Shown here: positions 24,867-38,197 of the stretch, one piece after another
Layout: each line of letters opens with the position of its first letter
Position numbering within the stretch: position 1 is the first letter of the stretch
DNA from: the human T2T-CHM13v2.0 reference genome, Homo sapiens
Assembly (NCBI RefSeq): GCF_009914755.1
Contig: NC_060925.1
Reading direction: 5' to 3' (one strand)
DNA length: 64,000 nt
Made by a program: the position numbers and the translations under genes
The notes under the pieces: generated by a model
Databases searched by the model: none
What the model saw: only the letters and a program-made list of their open reading frames with translations
What the model was told of the DNA's origin: nothing

Positions 24867-25070
24867 ACAGATAGATTAATATTAGCCAATATGTGCATAG
24901 GAGCAAGTCTTGCATTTCAGGATTGTGCTTCTATTTAGTCTCCTGGCTGCAGGATCCTCTGTGAATTTACAAATACTGTTAACCAATCTGTAGCTAAACA
25001 TGAATGAACTAGGCTCAGAAATCTGTACATGATTTGCTCATTTTATGCCATTAAATGAGCCTTCCTGTAG

Positions 25071-25097
25071 TTTTTTTTTTTTTTTTTTTTTTTTTTT
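25071..25097. repeat. Poly(T)27
   Basis: Mononucleotide run. Confidence 0.95.
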
Positions 25098-25482
25098 CCA
25101 AAATTTAAGGGACCAATCTAGAACAGATAAAAGGGTAAAGCCCCCACAGGTAAATGGGCGGGCCAGCTGGGAGTGCCATTCCTCCTTTTTACAGCTGTAG
25201 GATACAATTAGAGAGGTTTAACACGTGGAGAGCAGGGTGGGCAGAGAGAAAATGGGCAAGGCCAGTCCTCTGGACTGAAGACATAAAGGTTGTTCAGATG
25301 GTACACTGCAAATAGTTTTGCCTTAATTGACAAGCCTTGAGAAAAAAAGCCAAATAAAAACATTGGTTATGAATTGGATAATCCTGCCAAGTACAGACAA
25401 TAATACATATAGCTCAGTACCCATCTGAGAGAGCAACCCTAGAGGAGAAGGCCCCAACCGATTTTAAAAAATAAATATCATT

Positions 25483-25750
<268 letters not shown>

Positions 25751-26659
25751 GAATATCATAATTTTAAATGAAAGTAAATGCTTTTATATCCAAGAGCTTT
25801 ATTAAGTCAAACTATTTAGCTGCACTTGGGCTGGTTTGCCCTAGTTTACATTTGTGTTATTTGTGAGTGTAGTTTGTGAATAACATTTCTTTAAAAGAAA
25901 AAAAAAAACCAGAAACCTGTTTATCCCAAGCCTCTTTATCTCAGGCAGTTTGCGTGTATATGTATGTACATATATCTGTAATTTCTCCCTAGGACCAGCA
26001 AAGTCAGGCTTGAGAAGAGCTTTTATTCATTATTTAATCAAGGAAAGAGCTTTAACTCAAACAAGAGCAAGGTGGGGAGGGGGTGGGGTCAGAGCATCCA
26101 GGCTGCAGTGAAAGAGGCTGGCCAAGAGAGAACATTTTTATAAACAGACTCTTGAGACAAAAACCTGAACAAAGAGCAACAAACAGCTCCTTTCTACGTC
26201 TTTTTTTTTTTTCTTTCTTTCTTGAAGCTCCTGACAGACTCAATTCTCTTCCTGCATAATCTCCTCTCATTTTTTTCTGGAGCAATGTCACTGTTCTGAA
26301 TACAGAAATACATCATCACTTGTTTTCCCTTAAGGTTGCTCCTTCCTGTGGCTACAGGCAGAGGCTGGGAAGTCCCCGCCCAGCCCCCCACAGGTTGACT
26401 ATGCCTTCCACTTCACTCCCAGCCCCATCCTTTCCTTCTTTACTGCACTTTGATTTCAAGTCCTGCAACTGTCTACCCCTGTGGACCTTTCCCCTCACCT
26501 GAGATGGGTTTCCATGATCTAATTAGTTCTGCAAGGAGCAAATGGTGGCTGATATTCAGCCTCAGTTCCACTTGGGAGGGCACAGGGGGACTTGGCCCTG
26601 CCATGGGCCCGATTCAAGCCCAGCCAACCCTCCTGAGTCCCCCCACATGTCAGGCCTCA

Positions 26660-26815
26660 TGCAAGCACCATTCCATGTGAGCCTCACAATAACCAGGGGA
26701 AGCAGGCCACTCCCATCCTCATTTTGCAGATATAAGGTGACTAAGGCTCAGAATGGGAGCTTCATGTTCATGGAAGGAGTCCTGACTTCAGAGTCAGCCC
26801 TGCCTTTCCATCATG
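26660..26815 (-). mobile_element. MIR
   Basis: cctcacaataacc...cattttgcagatataaggtgactaaggctcaga. Confidence 0.7.
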
Positions 26816-26947
26816 AGAACCTCTCCGACTCTCCCCGTGTGTTTCTTGCCTTCTCCACTAAAATATTTCCCCTGAGAACATCCTTTTGCGGTCTGAACCT
26901 ACCCTCTGTGTTTCTCTCATTAGCTGGACCCTATTCCCTCTTTTAAC

Positions 26948-28635
26948 TTCCATTCATTCCGTAATCCAATTACTATATATTGTGCACCAGTGTGTGGGCA
27001 GGGACACTACCCTGGTGGCACTTACAATCTAGGTTAGGAAGACAGACAACGAACAGTCAAACATACCACATGTCGGGTGGCACTCTGTGCCAAGTAAGGA
27101 GAATGCACTGAGCAGGTTACAGAGGATAGAGTGCTGGGGTGGGGAAAGTCTTTGCCGTTCCATATGGTGAGACCAGGGAGGCCAAATCGAAAGGTGACAC
27201 CGAAGAGCAGACGTGAAGGAACCGAGGAATTCAGCAGTGGGGAAAGAGGGCTCTATATAGAGGGGACAGTGAGTGCAAAGGTGCTGACATCCTTGACGTG
27301 TCCAAGAGATGGTGAGGAGACCAGCGGGCAGGGGCAGGGTGGTCAAGGAGGATTGATGGGTGAGGCTAGAGTGGAAAGAGCAAAGCCAGTGGGAAATAAG
27401 AGGTGGTGTCGGCCGGGTGCAGTGGCTCATGCCTGTAATCTCAGCACTTTGGGAGGCAAGAGGCGGGTGGATGGCCTGAGGTCAGGAGTTTGAGACCAGC
27501 CTGGCCAACATGATGAAACCCCTTCTCTACTAAAAGTACAAAAATTAGCCGGGCATGGTGGCAGGCACCAGTAATCCCTCAGGAGGCTGAGGCAGGGGAA
27601 TCGCTTGGACCTGGGAGTTGGAGGTTGCAGTGATCTGAGATCACGCCTGGGCAATAAAAGTAAGACTCTGTCTCAAAAAAAAAAAGGTGGTGCTGGCAGT
27701 GACGGGAGGCAGAGCCTGTGGGCCTTCTATCATAACAACTTTGGTTTTTGCTCTAAGTGAGCTAGAAAGTTATGGGAAGGTTGTCAGCAGAAAAACAATA
27801 TGATCTAATTTGATCACTCTGGCTGCTGTGTTAACAATAGACTGGGAGTGGGCAGGCAAGATCAGAAGGAAGCAGGAATACCAATTAGGAGGTGCCACAG
27901 CAGCCCAGGCACAAGGTGATGGAGACAGGGGAAGTGATAAGAAGTGGTTTGATTTTGGAGCTGCTTAGAAGGTGGAGCCAGCAGGGTTTGCTAATGGCTT
28001 GGATGCAGGATGTGAGAAAAAGGGAAGAATCCAGGCTGACTTCAAGGTTTTGGCCTGAGTAACTAGAATAATGGAGTCACCATTATGGAGAAGAAAAAAA
28101 ATGGTGAAAGGGAGAGGAGTTGTTTGAGGAAAGAGAAAGTGAGAAATCGTATGTAGGAGAGTGAATGGACAGGAAAGATAGTGTGGCATTGCCCACCAGA
28201 GCTGAGGGCTCATTTGAGGTTTGTGACCATAAGTTTAAAGTAACATCATGGATTTTTTTGTTCCTCTAGCCATTTTCAGTTGCATTCGTGTCAGTATGGA
28301 GTAGGTGCAGAGTTGGCTTTAACTGAGGTTGGAGATTTGCCAGCCAGTGCAATGGGAGAGTGAATGCACTGATACACAGGGGAGATGATAATAATCAGTG
28401 AGGGCTAAGCAGGCTAAGGAGGGCAAGGGAAGATGGGGAGAGGGACAGTTAAAGTTGGCAGGCAGGATCCATGGGCTGTCTATTTTGGTAGGTGGGAGAG
28501 TTGTTGGAGTGGGGATACAGAGGAGTAAGCTGGGTAGACGGAAGGTGGTGGTGGCCAGCGACTGACAGGCTTACAACAGAGATTGTGGAAGGGGCATAGA
28601 AACTTTAGCAAAAGGTTCAAGGGTATGAGTATGGG
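26948..28635 (-). mobile_element. Long L2 interrupted by an Alu
   Basis: 3' end ttccattcattc at 26948; gatcactctggctgctgtg, ggcctgagtaactagaataatgg; continues either side of the Alu. Confidence 0.85.
27411..27684 (+). mobile_element. AluS (Sx/Sq-like) with two small internal deletions
   Basis: ggccgggtgcagtggctca...poly(A); TSD aagaggtggtg / aaaaggtggtg. Confidence 0.95.
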
Positions 28636-28798
28636 AATAAGTAATGCCCAGGATCATCTTCCCTGATATCTCCATACCTTGGCCTCAGCTCCTTCACTTC
28701 AGCTTGTGTGCATTTCCAAGAATCCTCTCCCTTCCTGGTATTTGTATCACTAGCTGATACAAACTTGGCTCCTATTCTCCTCCTCAGTGGCCTCCACT

Positions 28799-29215
28799 TG
28801 TGTTAGTCTGGGTCCTACAAGAAGCAGAAGGATTAAATACACAAGACTTTCATTAAAGGTAGTATCTATGTGAGAGGGAATGGGGAGGGAGTGGGTAAGG
28901 CTGGGACAGCTGCCGGACCACCATGACCCCAAGCGAAGGAGAAAGAGGGAGCACGTTGGATGGAAGCATCCTAGATTGCCGTGCAGTCCAAGGAAGGCTA
29001 GAAGGTTTGGCAAGGCTGTCAGTGAGTCCTCTAGCTTAAGATAACTGTCAGAGGAGTCCCTGTCCCAGGAACAGCCCTCTCTTGGCCTCCCTGACACATC
29101 CAGTCATGGCTGAGCTAACACAGCAATGGGTTTCACAGTCCAGAAGCTTGGCCCCATGGTCAATTATGCTGCCCATAATTAGAGTGATATGAAGCACCTT
29201 CTGACGCATGCCACA
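28799..29215 (-). mobile_element. LTR16-family ERVL solo LTR
   Basis: tgtgttagtctgggtcc...agaagcaga...tcaattatgct...gccaca termini. Confidence 0.75.
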
Positions 29216-30236
29216 CTATTGTAGCTACGGGACCAAGCTCAGAAGTGATGTCACTGCTCTTAAATTCACTATCCTGAGCTTTTTAGCCCTTTGCTAAGAT
29301 CTGGGTGCTGAGATCGTCTTGAGAGAAGCAGATAGGCAACATGCAGCTTCCTTGGTTTCCTTCACACATAGCAGCACTCTCCACACTGACTTAACTTCTG
29401 AGAAGTCTCTGTGCCTTTGGAGACGGTGCACCGTGTATGCCCACTGCCAAGCTCATGTCCAGCCTCCACTGTTAAAACAGGCATGAGAATGAGCACTGGG
29501 TCTGCAGGAGCTGAGCTTGGAGAGGATGAGGGCACAGTGTTCCATACATCAGGTGACCACGGAGGTAGAATCAGGGGCCCTCTTGGGTCCCATTTGTCAC
29601 TCCTCTGCTGACACTAGCAGACTCTAGGTCTCCACTGAAAGGCTATTTTCTTCCATCCATTTGGCATTCTTCACGTCCCACCAGATTCTCTGTCCTGCAT
29701 TTTCTACTCATTGACACCTGAAAATTCAGCCTTCACAAAACCTTACCTCACTCAAAGCCTTCGTCCGCCTCCCCGAGCCTGATTTCTCAGGCCTGCCATC
29801 CAAATAAATACCCATCTTCAGCCCCTGCCAGTTTGTACTTTCACCACAAACTGCACCCTTGACTTCCCTTTGCCTCTGCAATTCCTTTCACTCCACGCCC
29901 CTCCACAAGGCTTAGCATATCATTTTTGTGCTACCTCTCAAATTCTCTGTCTTTTTATGCCTGCTGCCAAAACACTGGTTCATGCTCCAGTTATTCCCCT
30001 CCTCAACACAATCTATTGCTTTTTGCCTTTGCAGTTTCTTTTTTCATTTTTGTTTTGTTTCCTTCCCTAGACGTACTCCCTCTTGCTGTGCTCCTGCCTC
30101 TCATGATTCCTGTTCCTGCTCTCCTCTCTTCACCATCGAAATGGATCTCACAGATCCACTTGCCCCACCCACCACTTCTTCTCATGGTGGCCTTGAATAA
30201 GTCACCAATGCATTACTCTCAAAATAGTCTTCTCCT

Positions 30237-30270
30237 AAAAACAAACAAACAAACAAACAAACAAAAAACA
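30237..30270. repeat. (AAAC)n
   Basis: Tetranucleotide run. Confidence 0.9.
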
Positions 30271-30584
30271 CCTTCCAAAGGCAGGGCCATTGACAGGAAA
30301 GTCTTAGTCCAACAAGTCCTTGGCTCCTCAACCCCAGCTGACTGGCGTGGTCCACACTGGATGCACCCCTACAACAAGAGGGGCTTTTGGAGACTAGGGA
30401 TGAGGTTAGAGTTGAGAAAATAATAAAGTGGAATGTGGCTTCTACAGGGGAGGGAGAGTGTCTCAAATTTACCCACTAATGAGTGGCTGAGCCAGAACTC
30501 ACATATAGTGACACTCAATTCACCATTCTTTCAATTGTATTAACAATGCTGTTGATTAAGAAGAAATTCCAGCATTGGGTGAGA

Positions 30585-30757
30585 GCAGGGTTTTCAGCCA
30601 CTCCAGAGAGTTGGAGGAGGAGCAGCACCAGGGAGCTGGTTAGAAATGCAGCCTCTGGGCCCCAGCCAGACCTACTGAGTCACAATGTGCATTTGAACAG
30701 GATCCCCAGGTAATTTGCATGCACATTAAAATATAAGAAGAACCAATTAGAGAACTT
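30585..30757. mobile_element. MER5A
   Basis: agcagcaccagggagctggttagaaatgcag...ccagacctactgagtca...tgcacattaaa. Confidence 0.85.
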
Positions 30758-32139
30758 AAGCCGCATCTCCTTTCTCCAGGTTAGAGGCTCCAGAACACAG
30801 ATATTTGGCAGTCGATTTATAGTGGAGTGCAAGGAGCTCTCTGTAACACAATAGATGCTGAATCAATTTTATTTACTGACAGATTGATTAAACAGTCTTG
30901 CCCCTTAATTATTTTTGTCTTCTATAAAGGGCAAGTCAAATTACTTATTTTCCAGGGTTTTTTTCCGAAGTAAGATACTCTAAGGGTGACTCTGAGACAC
31001 ATTCTGTGGTTATTGTATCTTCCATGTGTGCTAAATGACCACACACTGGGACCCCGCTCTGCAATTTAGGAGCCTGCACTTGGTGAGGAGCAGCAAGCAA
31101 ATGTGAGTAAATCACAGAGGCAGCTTCTCAGCTCTGCCCCACCCACTGAGACGCCTGCTCAGTGCCCCAAGCTATTCTTAGACTGACATGCCACCTCTGG
31201 GTTGTCACCCAGCCAGGATTCTTTGTGCTCCAAAGAAAGAGAGTCCCAGAAACATTGATTTTTGGATCCATGAGCACCTTCCAGCTTCCAGACCCACAGA
31301 CAGGAAGAAAGGCATCCTTGGCAGGTGCCAGGTACCCTGGACCCAGCCTCTTGCTGGATGAGGGGCAGGAAAACGAATATGAGGGGTTGGCAATGTCTGG
31401 TTATCCCATGCTGAAATGGGGTAAAGGGTCAGAACACACTGGAAATAGTTCTACCTCTAGGCACAGCAGGTGTGTGTGTGTATACAGAGCAGTTACCAAA
31501 AAGAGCTTCAAGGAAGAAAACATTTCCATCCGAATGGCAGTGTCTGCACTACAGTGACACGAGATTTGGGGTTAGATGTGGGTGCACCTGCCCAATACAC
31601 ATAGAAAAACATCTGGAGCCATTAAATGTTCCACATTTGGGGAATGTTCTGGATCAATACCAAATGAGGATGTAGATATCTTTCTGCTCAGGGTAAAAAT
31701 GTGCTTGAAACACGTAAAATCCTTTGGATCTGCCTCCATTTAAAAAGCACAGTTATTCCTAAAGTTTTCAGTTTGCTACCACAGACAGTTTCCTGCTCAA
31801 ATATAGTAATCCAAAATATCCATCTATAATTCTTAGCATCTGCTCTATACAGAACACCATATTTCGACATTCCATGAAAATTTTTTAAATAAAAGAAGGA
31901 AGGAAAGAAGTAAAAAAAAAAAATGGAAGGGAGGGAAGACAAAAATAAGTATTCTCTGAGAGTAGTTTTTTCTCTGATAGGCTAATAATATATAAATGTT
32001 AAAAATATTTACATTGGCAGATTCTTATGCTGGTTAATTGATAGTCTACATATTTTCAGTAGAAGGCTGTTGGCAAAAGCAGGTGAAAACAATTAGTAAT
32101 GCAATCATTATAGATCAATTTACTGTAAAGGTTAATAGC

Positions 32140-32292
32140 TCTTTGTTTCTAATAAGATCTCTACTAACCCTTCTGTGAACTGTGATGTTCCTTTGCACTC
32201 TTTGCAAACTTTAATAGTTTTTCCTATACCTAGCACAGTTCTTGGTTCAGAGGCATCATTCAATTAAAAGAAGTATTCAATGAATGAGCAAA
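32140..32292 (+). mobile_element. L2 3' end
   Basis: cctatacctagcacagttcttgg...caatgaatgag. Confidence 0.6.
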
Positions 32293-32469
32293 TCAATGTT
32301 TATGTTTCTATGAAAACTGCCTAAATATATACCAGAATATTTGAATTTTATATATCCTGCATTTTACAGCTAGGGTAGGGCCTAGACTCAGTTAACACTT
32401 GGCTGTACTGATGACTTTAATTAAGATGTAAGTAATGATCATTTACCAAAGAAATCAGAACAGAAGCAT

Positions 32470-33092
32470 TTCTTAAACTACTAATCAATAAACCACCCAA
32501 TAGACAAATGAGCAAAAGATATGAAAAGGTAAATCACAAAAAAAGAAAGTATAGATGACCAATAAACATATGAAAAGATGTTCCCCAAACAAGCAATCAC
32601 AAAGTGCAAATTAAAACACCCAGAAGACACACCATGTTTAAACCATCAGATGGGCAGCAGTCAGATAAAATGGCACAGCGTATAGGGGTATGGGCTCTGA
32701 AGTCAGGCGGAGTCTAAATCCTGGCTACCACTTGCCAATGTAGGCCCCAAGACAAGATTTTTAACTTCACTAAGCCTGCAGAGGGTTAATAATATTAATT
32801 GGTATTGTATTGTGTATGGTAGTCAAAGAGGACTTTATTTCTTTGTGTTATCTTATTTTTTACAATGCATTCCTCTATTGTTTATATAATTAAAATGTAG
32901 TGAAGGGGAATAGAGAGTTAATGTTTAATGGATACAGCATTTCAGTTTGGGATGATGGAAAAGTTCTGGAAATGGATAGTGGTGATAGTTGCTGCACAAC
33001 CATGTAGATGTCCTAATAAGTACACTAAACTGTACGCTTAAAAATGATTAAAATGTTAAATTTTATGTTACGTGGATTTTACCATAATAAAC
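32470..33092 (+). mobile_element. Old L1M fragments with an embedded MIR (~32670-32790)
   Basis: aaatgagcaaaagatatgaa...aaacatatgaaaagatg (ORF2 end); tttcagtttgggatgatggaaaagttctggaaatggatagtggtgat (L1MB-type 3'UTR). Confidence 0.85.
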
Positions 33093-34405
33093 GAGTTGTG
33101 ACTTAATAGAAAATCCTTTGTACCATAACATGTGACAAGAGGAAGACTTTAGTCAAAGGTTTAGTCTGTGCCACAGAGTACAAAACTTGACGAGATTTAA
33201 GTTGAGTCTTTAAAGACATGCAGAATTTGGATCTGGAAAGCTTGGTGGACAGAGCTTGGAGAAAGAGGCATTGGGGAATGGGGCATCTGCCTAGAGAAGG
33301 ATAGTCTGGAAAAAAGAAGGGAAACAAAATTAGGTAGATATTCTGTGTGAAGTCAAGCAGTACCCCATTGCTGGAAGTCGGCCCTGATCTGCCAGGAGAG
33401 AAGGTAATTCCCCCACCTCCTCCTTCCCCCTTTCTCCAGTCAACAGCCCTCCAGAGATGCTTTCCCCAATGGGGAGGAGCAGGGGAGGTGATGCAGAAGG
33501 AGAAGAAAGGGTCATAAAAAGTAGAATCTCCTAATGGCTTGTATTTTTGCTGCAGCAGCTCCTCCTTCAAAGAGCTGCCATGCACCTGGAGGGAGCTTGA
33601 TTTCCTTCTGAGAATATGCCTTTCAAGTAGATTAAAAACTATTTTCATGAGTTGCGGCTGTTTACATGCAAACCTGTCATTCAGATGATGTGTGCCTTCA
33701 CAGACGCCCACAGAGGCTTATCAACGGCTCCCTTCTTTTTCGGGATAATTTCCTTTAAGTTCCTATGCAGTGTGTCTGGGCAGGGGAGGGAAGTGAGGGG
33801 ACGGGGGATGTTTTGTTTCCTCAGCAAGGTGAAAACAGAGATGCAAAGAAGATAATGGAGGTGGGGCCAGAGCAAGAGTCCAGAGTCTCCTTCAGCTGGG
33901 CTAAGGGCAGGAAGGTCTCAAACGTGAGCGCCTGGTGTGAGCTCTCCTTGACACAGGCAAGTCTCACCCTTGCCTGCAGATATGACAACTTCCCATAGCA
34001 CCTGGTTCCTGCCTCCCATTCTTCAGTATTGAGGCCATGGTCTCAGAGATAGAAAGACTTTTTCTAGAAAAGAGCAGGCTGACTTCAGGAAATTGAAGGA
34101 GGTATAATAAAGCCTTGAACTCAGCCACTGTAAACCCCAAATTCTAGAATAAATTTTAAAATGTATGCTGAATTGAATTTTAGTTTTTTTCTTTTGTCAA
34201 AAATTAAAAAGGAAGAAAGACATTAAAAAGCCACTGTGATCTAGAAGCCACATTGTTTTCTAAGGCTTATGAAATTAAATGTAAGTGTTCTCTACATTGA
34301 AGATTGATCTAAATTCTAGAAAGATAAAGATATGGTTTATGAGCCTTTGGAAAGAAAAAGTTGGTGCATTCAAAGCAGCATAAGACAAAAATAGATGCCA
34401 AACCA

Positions 34406-34475
34406 ATGGTGTGTATGTGTGATGTGTGTACCTATGTATGTGTGTATGTGTGTGTGTGCGTGCGTGTGTGTGTAT
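34406..34475. repeat. Degenerate (TG)n
   Basis: tgtgtatgtgtg...tgcgtgcgtgtgtgtg. Confidence 0.85.
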
Positions 34476-34659
34476 TTGGCTGAAGTAGTTATACTGGTCT
34501 TAGGTAAATGCCATATTATAAAATGTCCATACCAGATGCCATGGATCCCATGTGTCTTGATTTCAGCAAGACTTTTAAAATAATGTCTCCTGAACAAAAT
34601 GGAAAAGCATGGTCAGGATATTAACAAATATAAGCCGACAACAACATTGCCCCAAGATT

Positions 34660-34755
34660 ATAACTTTTATAAATCTAGGTTTCTTCATGTATATAACAAA
34701 AAAGTTGAATTAGATATCCACTAAGTTCTTTTCCACTTCTTCAGCCTGTGATTGT
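34660..34755 (+). mobile_element. MIR3-like 3' end
   Basis: gtttcttcatgtata...gttgaattagatatccactaagttcttttccacttct. Confidence 0.55.
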
Positions 34756-34959
34756 ATTACTTCAAGGAAGTTCTCAAAAGATATTTCCCAAGATTTTTCA
34801 AGGCCCAGTCCTGACTTGTGTAAAAATGTAGGAGATGTGCTTACACAGCCAGAGAAGACAACAAGGGGAAGTCCACTTATGGCCTAGGGGATAGAGTCAG
34901 CATTCAAAGTTACCCACTCTACCCCCGCCAACCCCCCACCAAAATCAATAACACCATAG

Positions 34960-35325
34960 TTTGACATCAATGAGATAAAATGTAACAGAATAAAGTTTTG
35001 ATTTAAAAAACTCATTCCATAAAGTCCACGTATCAGAGATCTATCTTGATAGTGGTTCGGATAAAGAAGTCACAGGGATTTAATTAACTTTAAATTAAGC
35101 ACCAAATATCAGAATGCTATGTGTCAAGCCTGGGTGCAAAGGAGGACTTGGTACAGGCTAGGCTGTATTAATAAAACTTAGGGTCCAAATCAAACAGCAT
35201 CATTACCCCCACTCCATATTCTACCCTGAATTTGGAGTATTGGGCACCACCCATTGAGAAGGACATTAACAAGCCAGAAAGTATCCAGAGAAGAGGAAAA
35301 GATGACAGGAAGGCATCTTAAAGGT
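34960..35325 (+). mobile_element. L3/CR1 ORF2 fragment
   Basis: taggctgtattaataaaa...tggagtattgggcacca...gaaggacattaacaagccagaaagtatccagagaag (KDIDKLE-IQRR-like). Confidence 0.7.
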
Positions 35326-35409
35326 GTGTGGTAAGGACCAAGGTCTCATCTGGCCACGTCCACCCACTGGTCTCCTTGCTGTCACCCTTTCCACCCAGCT
35401 GAGCTCTTT

Positions 35410-35700
35410 CCCAGCATCTGTTCAGCATGGATGCCAGTTCTTGCTTGAAAAAACAGGATAGAAACATACCATCTCCCGAGGGAACCACCTTCTGATGGGC
35501 CTATTGCAGATTTCTTCCTTACCCTGAATGGAAATCTCATTCCCTATGACCCTTCCATTCACTGGCCCAGATTCTAACACTCTGGGCCCGTGCAGGTAAA
35601 ATCTAATTCCCCTTCTACATAAACAGCCCTTCAAATAAGCCAAGAGGAGAGATAGTCACCACCTCCTTACCCCCAAAAAAACCCTTCCAAGTAAAACTGG
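35410..35700 (-). mobile_element. L3/CR1 3' fragment
   Basis: Minus strand reads YLKGC...; cactggcccagattct...aatctaattcccttctacat...cagcccttcaaata. Confidence 0.75.
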
Positions 35701-36861
35701 TCTGTTTTGAAAGGTGAATCCGCAAGAAGTTGTAGCTTTCTGTCCTCCATGTGTCCTGGAGGTCCTGGAGATAAGGCCTGACTGGGATTCTTACCCCCTT
35801 GCACAGGTCAGAAGCAACCATGAGTGGTGAGAAGCTTACGGTGATATGACCTCATTGGTATTGCATCTGGCCTGTCATCCAGGGCCTACAGTCTTAGAAA
35901 TTGGAGTGATGACTCCTAAATGTGACTTTTCTGATACATTAGGGTATTTCTAGTTTACACAAAATTCTCAAAACACTATTTTATCTCACATTAATTTCAA
36001 AAATAGACATATGCCCTAGAGCACTTTAAAAGCACTATCAAAATTCCAGGTCTCAATTCCAAACAAGCAGAAATCATTGGCTCATTTTGCCATTTTTCTA
36101 GTCTAAAATACCTTAATAATCTTACATTTTCTTAATATACTCTGAATGTTATGTGGATTCCTATTCTATATCTGACAGCCATTTATATATTTTTAAATTC
36201 TGCTGCTGGTATTACTACAAACTTCCATTTTTCTGATATTTATTTGAGTGCCTGTTTTGTGCATGATACCTTGAAATACATGACAAACAAAAACAAAATC
36301 AAAAATCCATAGTAAATTTGTTCAGACCGTGGTATGAAATGAAATCCCAAATTTATAAAGAAACACTGAGCTACAAACTGTCCAAAAGGTAGTTTGGCTG
36401 ATCTGCCTTTAGAGGGTACAGAATTGGAACTCATCCTCCACCAACCCCATTTTTTCACAGGCCTAAAAAAGACCAGGAAGTGCTGCTGGGGTGTCCTCAC
36501 TGATATTTTATAGCCTCTTTTTAAAACCCAACTTGTTCAAAGTAAATAAAATGTTGCTTGTGTAAGTAATTAATCAGAAATTATTCGGAAGGTTTATTAT
36601 GAGGCCAATAGTAGGCAATCTCCTGAGGCACTCAGCAAACTCTCTCTCTCAGTAAATAATTATTTAAGTTAAAATTATTTACTAAATTAAGTCGTTCCTT
36701 TTGTGATATCTCTGAGACTTCAAGTAATTGCCTAGGTTTGCTTTAGTTTGGTGTTTTATAAAGAAAAAACAGGGCTACATAATGAATTAACTGTGCAATT
36801 AACTATAAATTTAGCACTTCAGAAACACATTTTAATGACTAGGAACAGGTACAAAGAGCCA

Positions 36862-36864
36862 TGT

Positions 36865-36910
<46 letters not shown>
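36862..36910. repeat. (TG)n microsatellite
   Basis: Near-perfect run with one interruption. Confidence 0.97.
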
Positions 36911-36912
<2 letters not shown>

Positions 36913-38144
36913 TTAAACCTAGGTGTAATTTTCCATCTTAATGCAGCAAGGCTGGGAAAATGTTAGCACAGCATAACTTATTACTTGCCATTTACAGAGA
37001 GTCAGTAACATAGAAAGCCCAATTTAGGCAGAGCCATAGCCACAGGCCTCTGCCCTGGGCTCATGGTGAGAACTGCTTTGGCCTTGAGGCAGGGCCACCT
37101 CCTTCCTTTCTCTGTTGAGCTCCCACCAAAAGGACAGGCTCTCCAGGAGAAGCCTTCCCTGAACCCTCCTGGGGTTTGGAGAATAATGATCTGATGCCTA
37201 GAGCTTCCTCCCTTTCTCCAAACCAAGACTCTTCCTTGTTATAATTATGAAGAGAGAAATGATGAAAAGTAGGGTCTGGGTTAATGAAAGCCTGAATTCA
37301 TCTCATCAAACGTCTGTACCATGCAAGAGTATATCCTCGCACTTTATGATTTTCCACACACTTTTGGGTTTATAGTTTTGTAACGGGAAGGAAGCATCCA
37401 CCATGTGCCAAGCACTTGGCTTCCTTCCACAATGCATGGAAGGATCGTGGAAATAAAAGGATGTGCCTCTGTGCGTGGAGACAGACATCTACCTCCTGAC
37501 CAGTCGTCAAGACTGGCCACTGCGATGCTGACAGACAAATGAACCATGGACTTGGTGGTGAGATGATACAGGGAACACACTTCGGGCCTTAAGAAGGAAA
37601 TCTTACAGCCACCAACCAACCATTTCAGACAAATGGAGTCTGAGTCCATTTTGGAAGAACTTTACAGGAGGAAATTCTACTTGCATTTTCAATTGTTCAA
37701 GTTACTTACAGCTAATCAATCTGTGATATCGTCAAGCACTATGAGCCAGCTCTGGAGGGGAAAAGGAGCTTACAGTCTCATAGAGACATGAGATATAAAC
37801 AAATATCTCATTATGCACACAAGCACCCCCACGTGGCGAGCATGTTATATCATGTAATCCTCACGACAGCTCCATGATATTGGTGTGGTGAGTGTCGCCT
37901 CACTGGGGGAAGATGAAGGCCTTTCCATGAGATGACCTCTGCCTACACAGATGGATCTTTGCTGTTGCCTTCTATTTGTTCAGTGCTCCCCAATGAAGGT
38001 GATATACAGGGCCTCCTCCACTTCTCCATCTCTTGCTTCCTGTGGAGGGATGCCAAAAGGACTCACAATGTGTGGAATGTGACGATATGCCTTGTGTGTA
38101 GCTTCTTTGTAATACAGCCAAAATTGGGCTTCCTCCCTTGCTTT

Positions 38145-38152
38145 CACACACA

Positions 38153-38197
<45 letters not shown>
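38145..38197. repeat. (CA)n microsatellite
   Basis: Near-perfect run. Confidence 0.97.

Noticed and set aside
33103-33711. Longest ORF (202 aa, minus strand)
   Set aside because: No recognisable protein family, the 3' part overlaps L2-like sequence, and it has no promoter or exon context; consistent with chance
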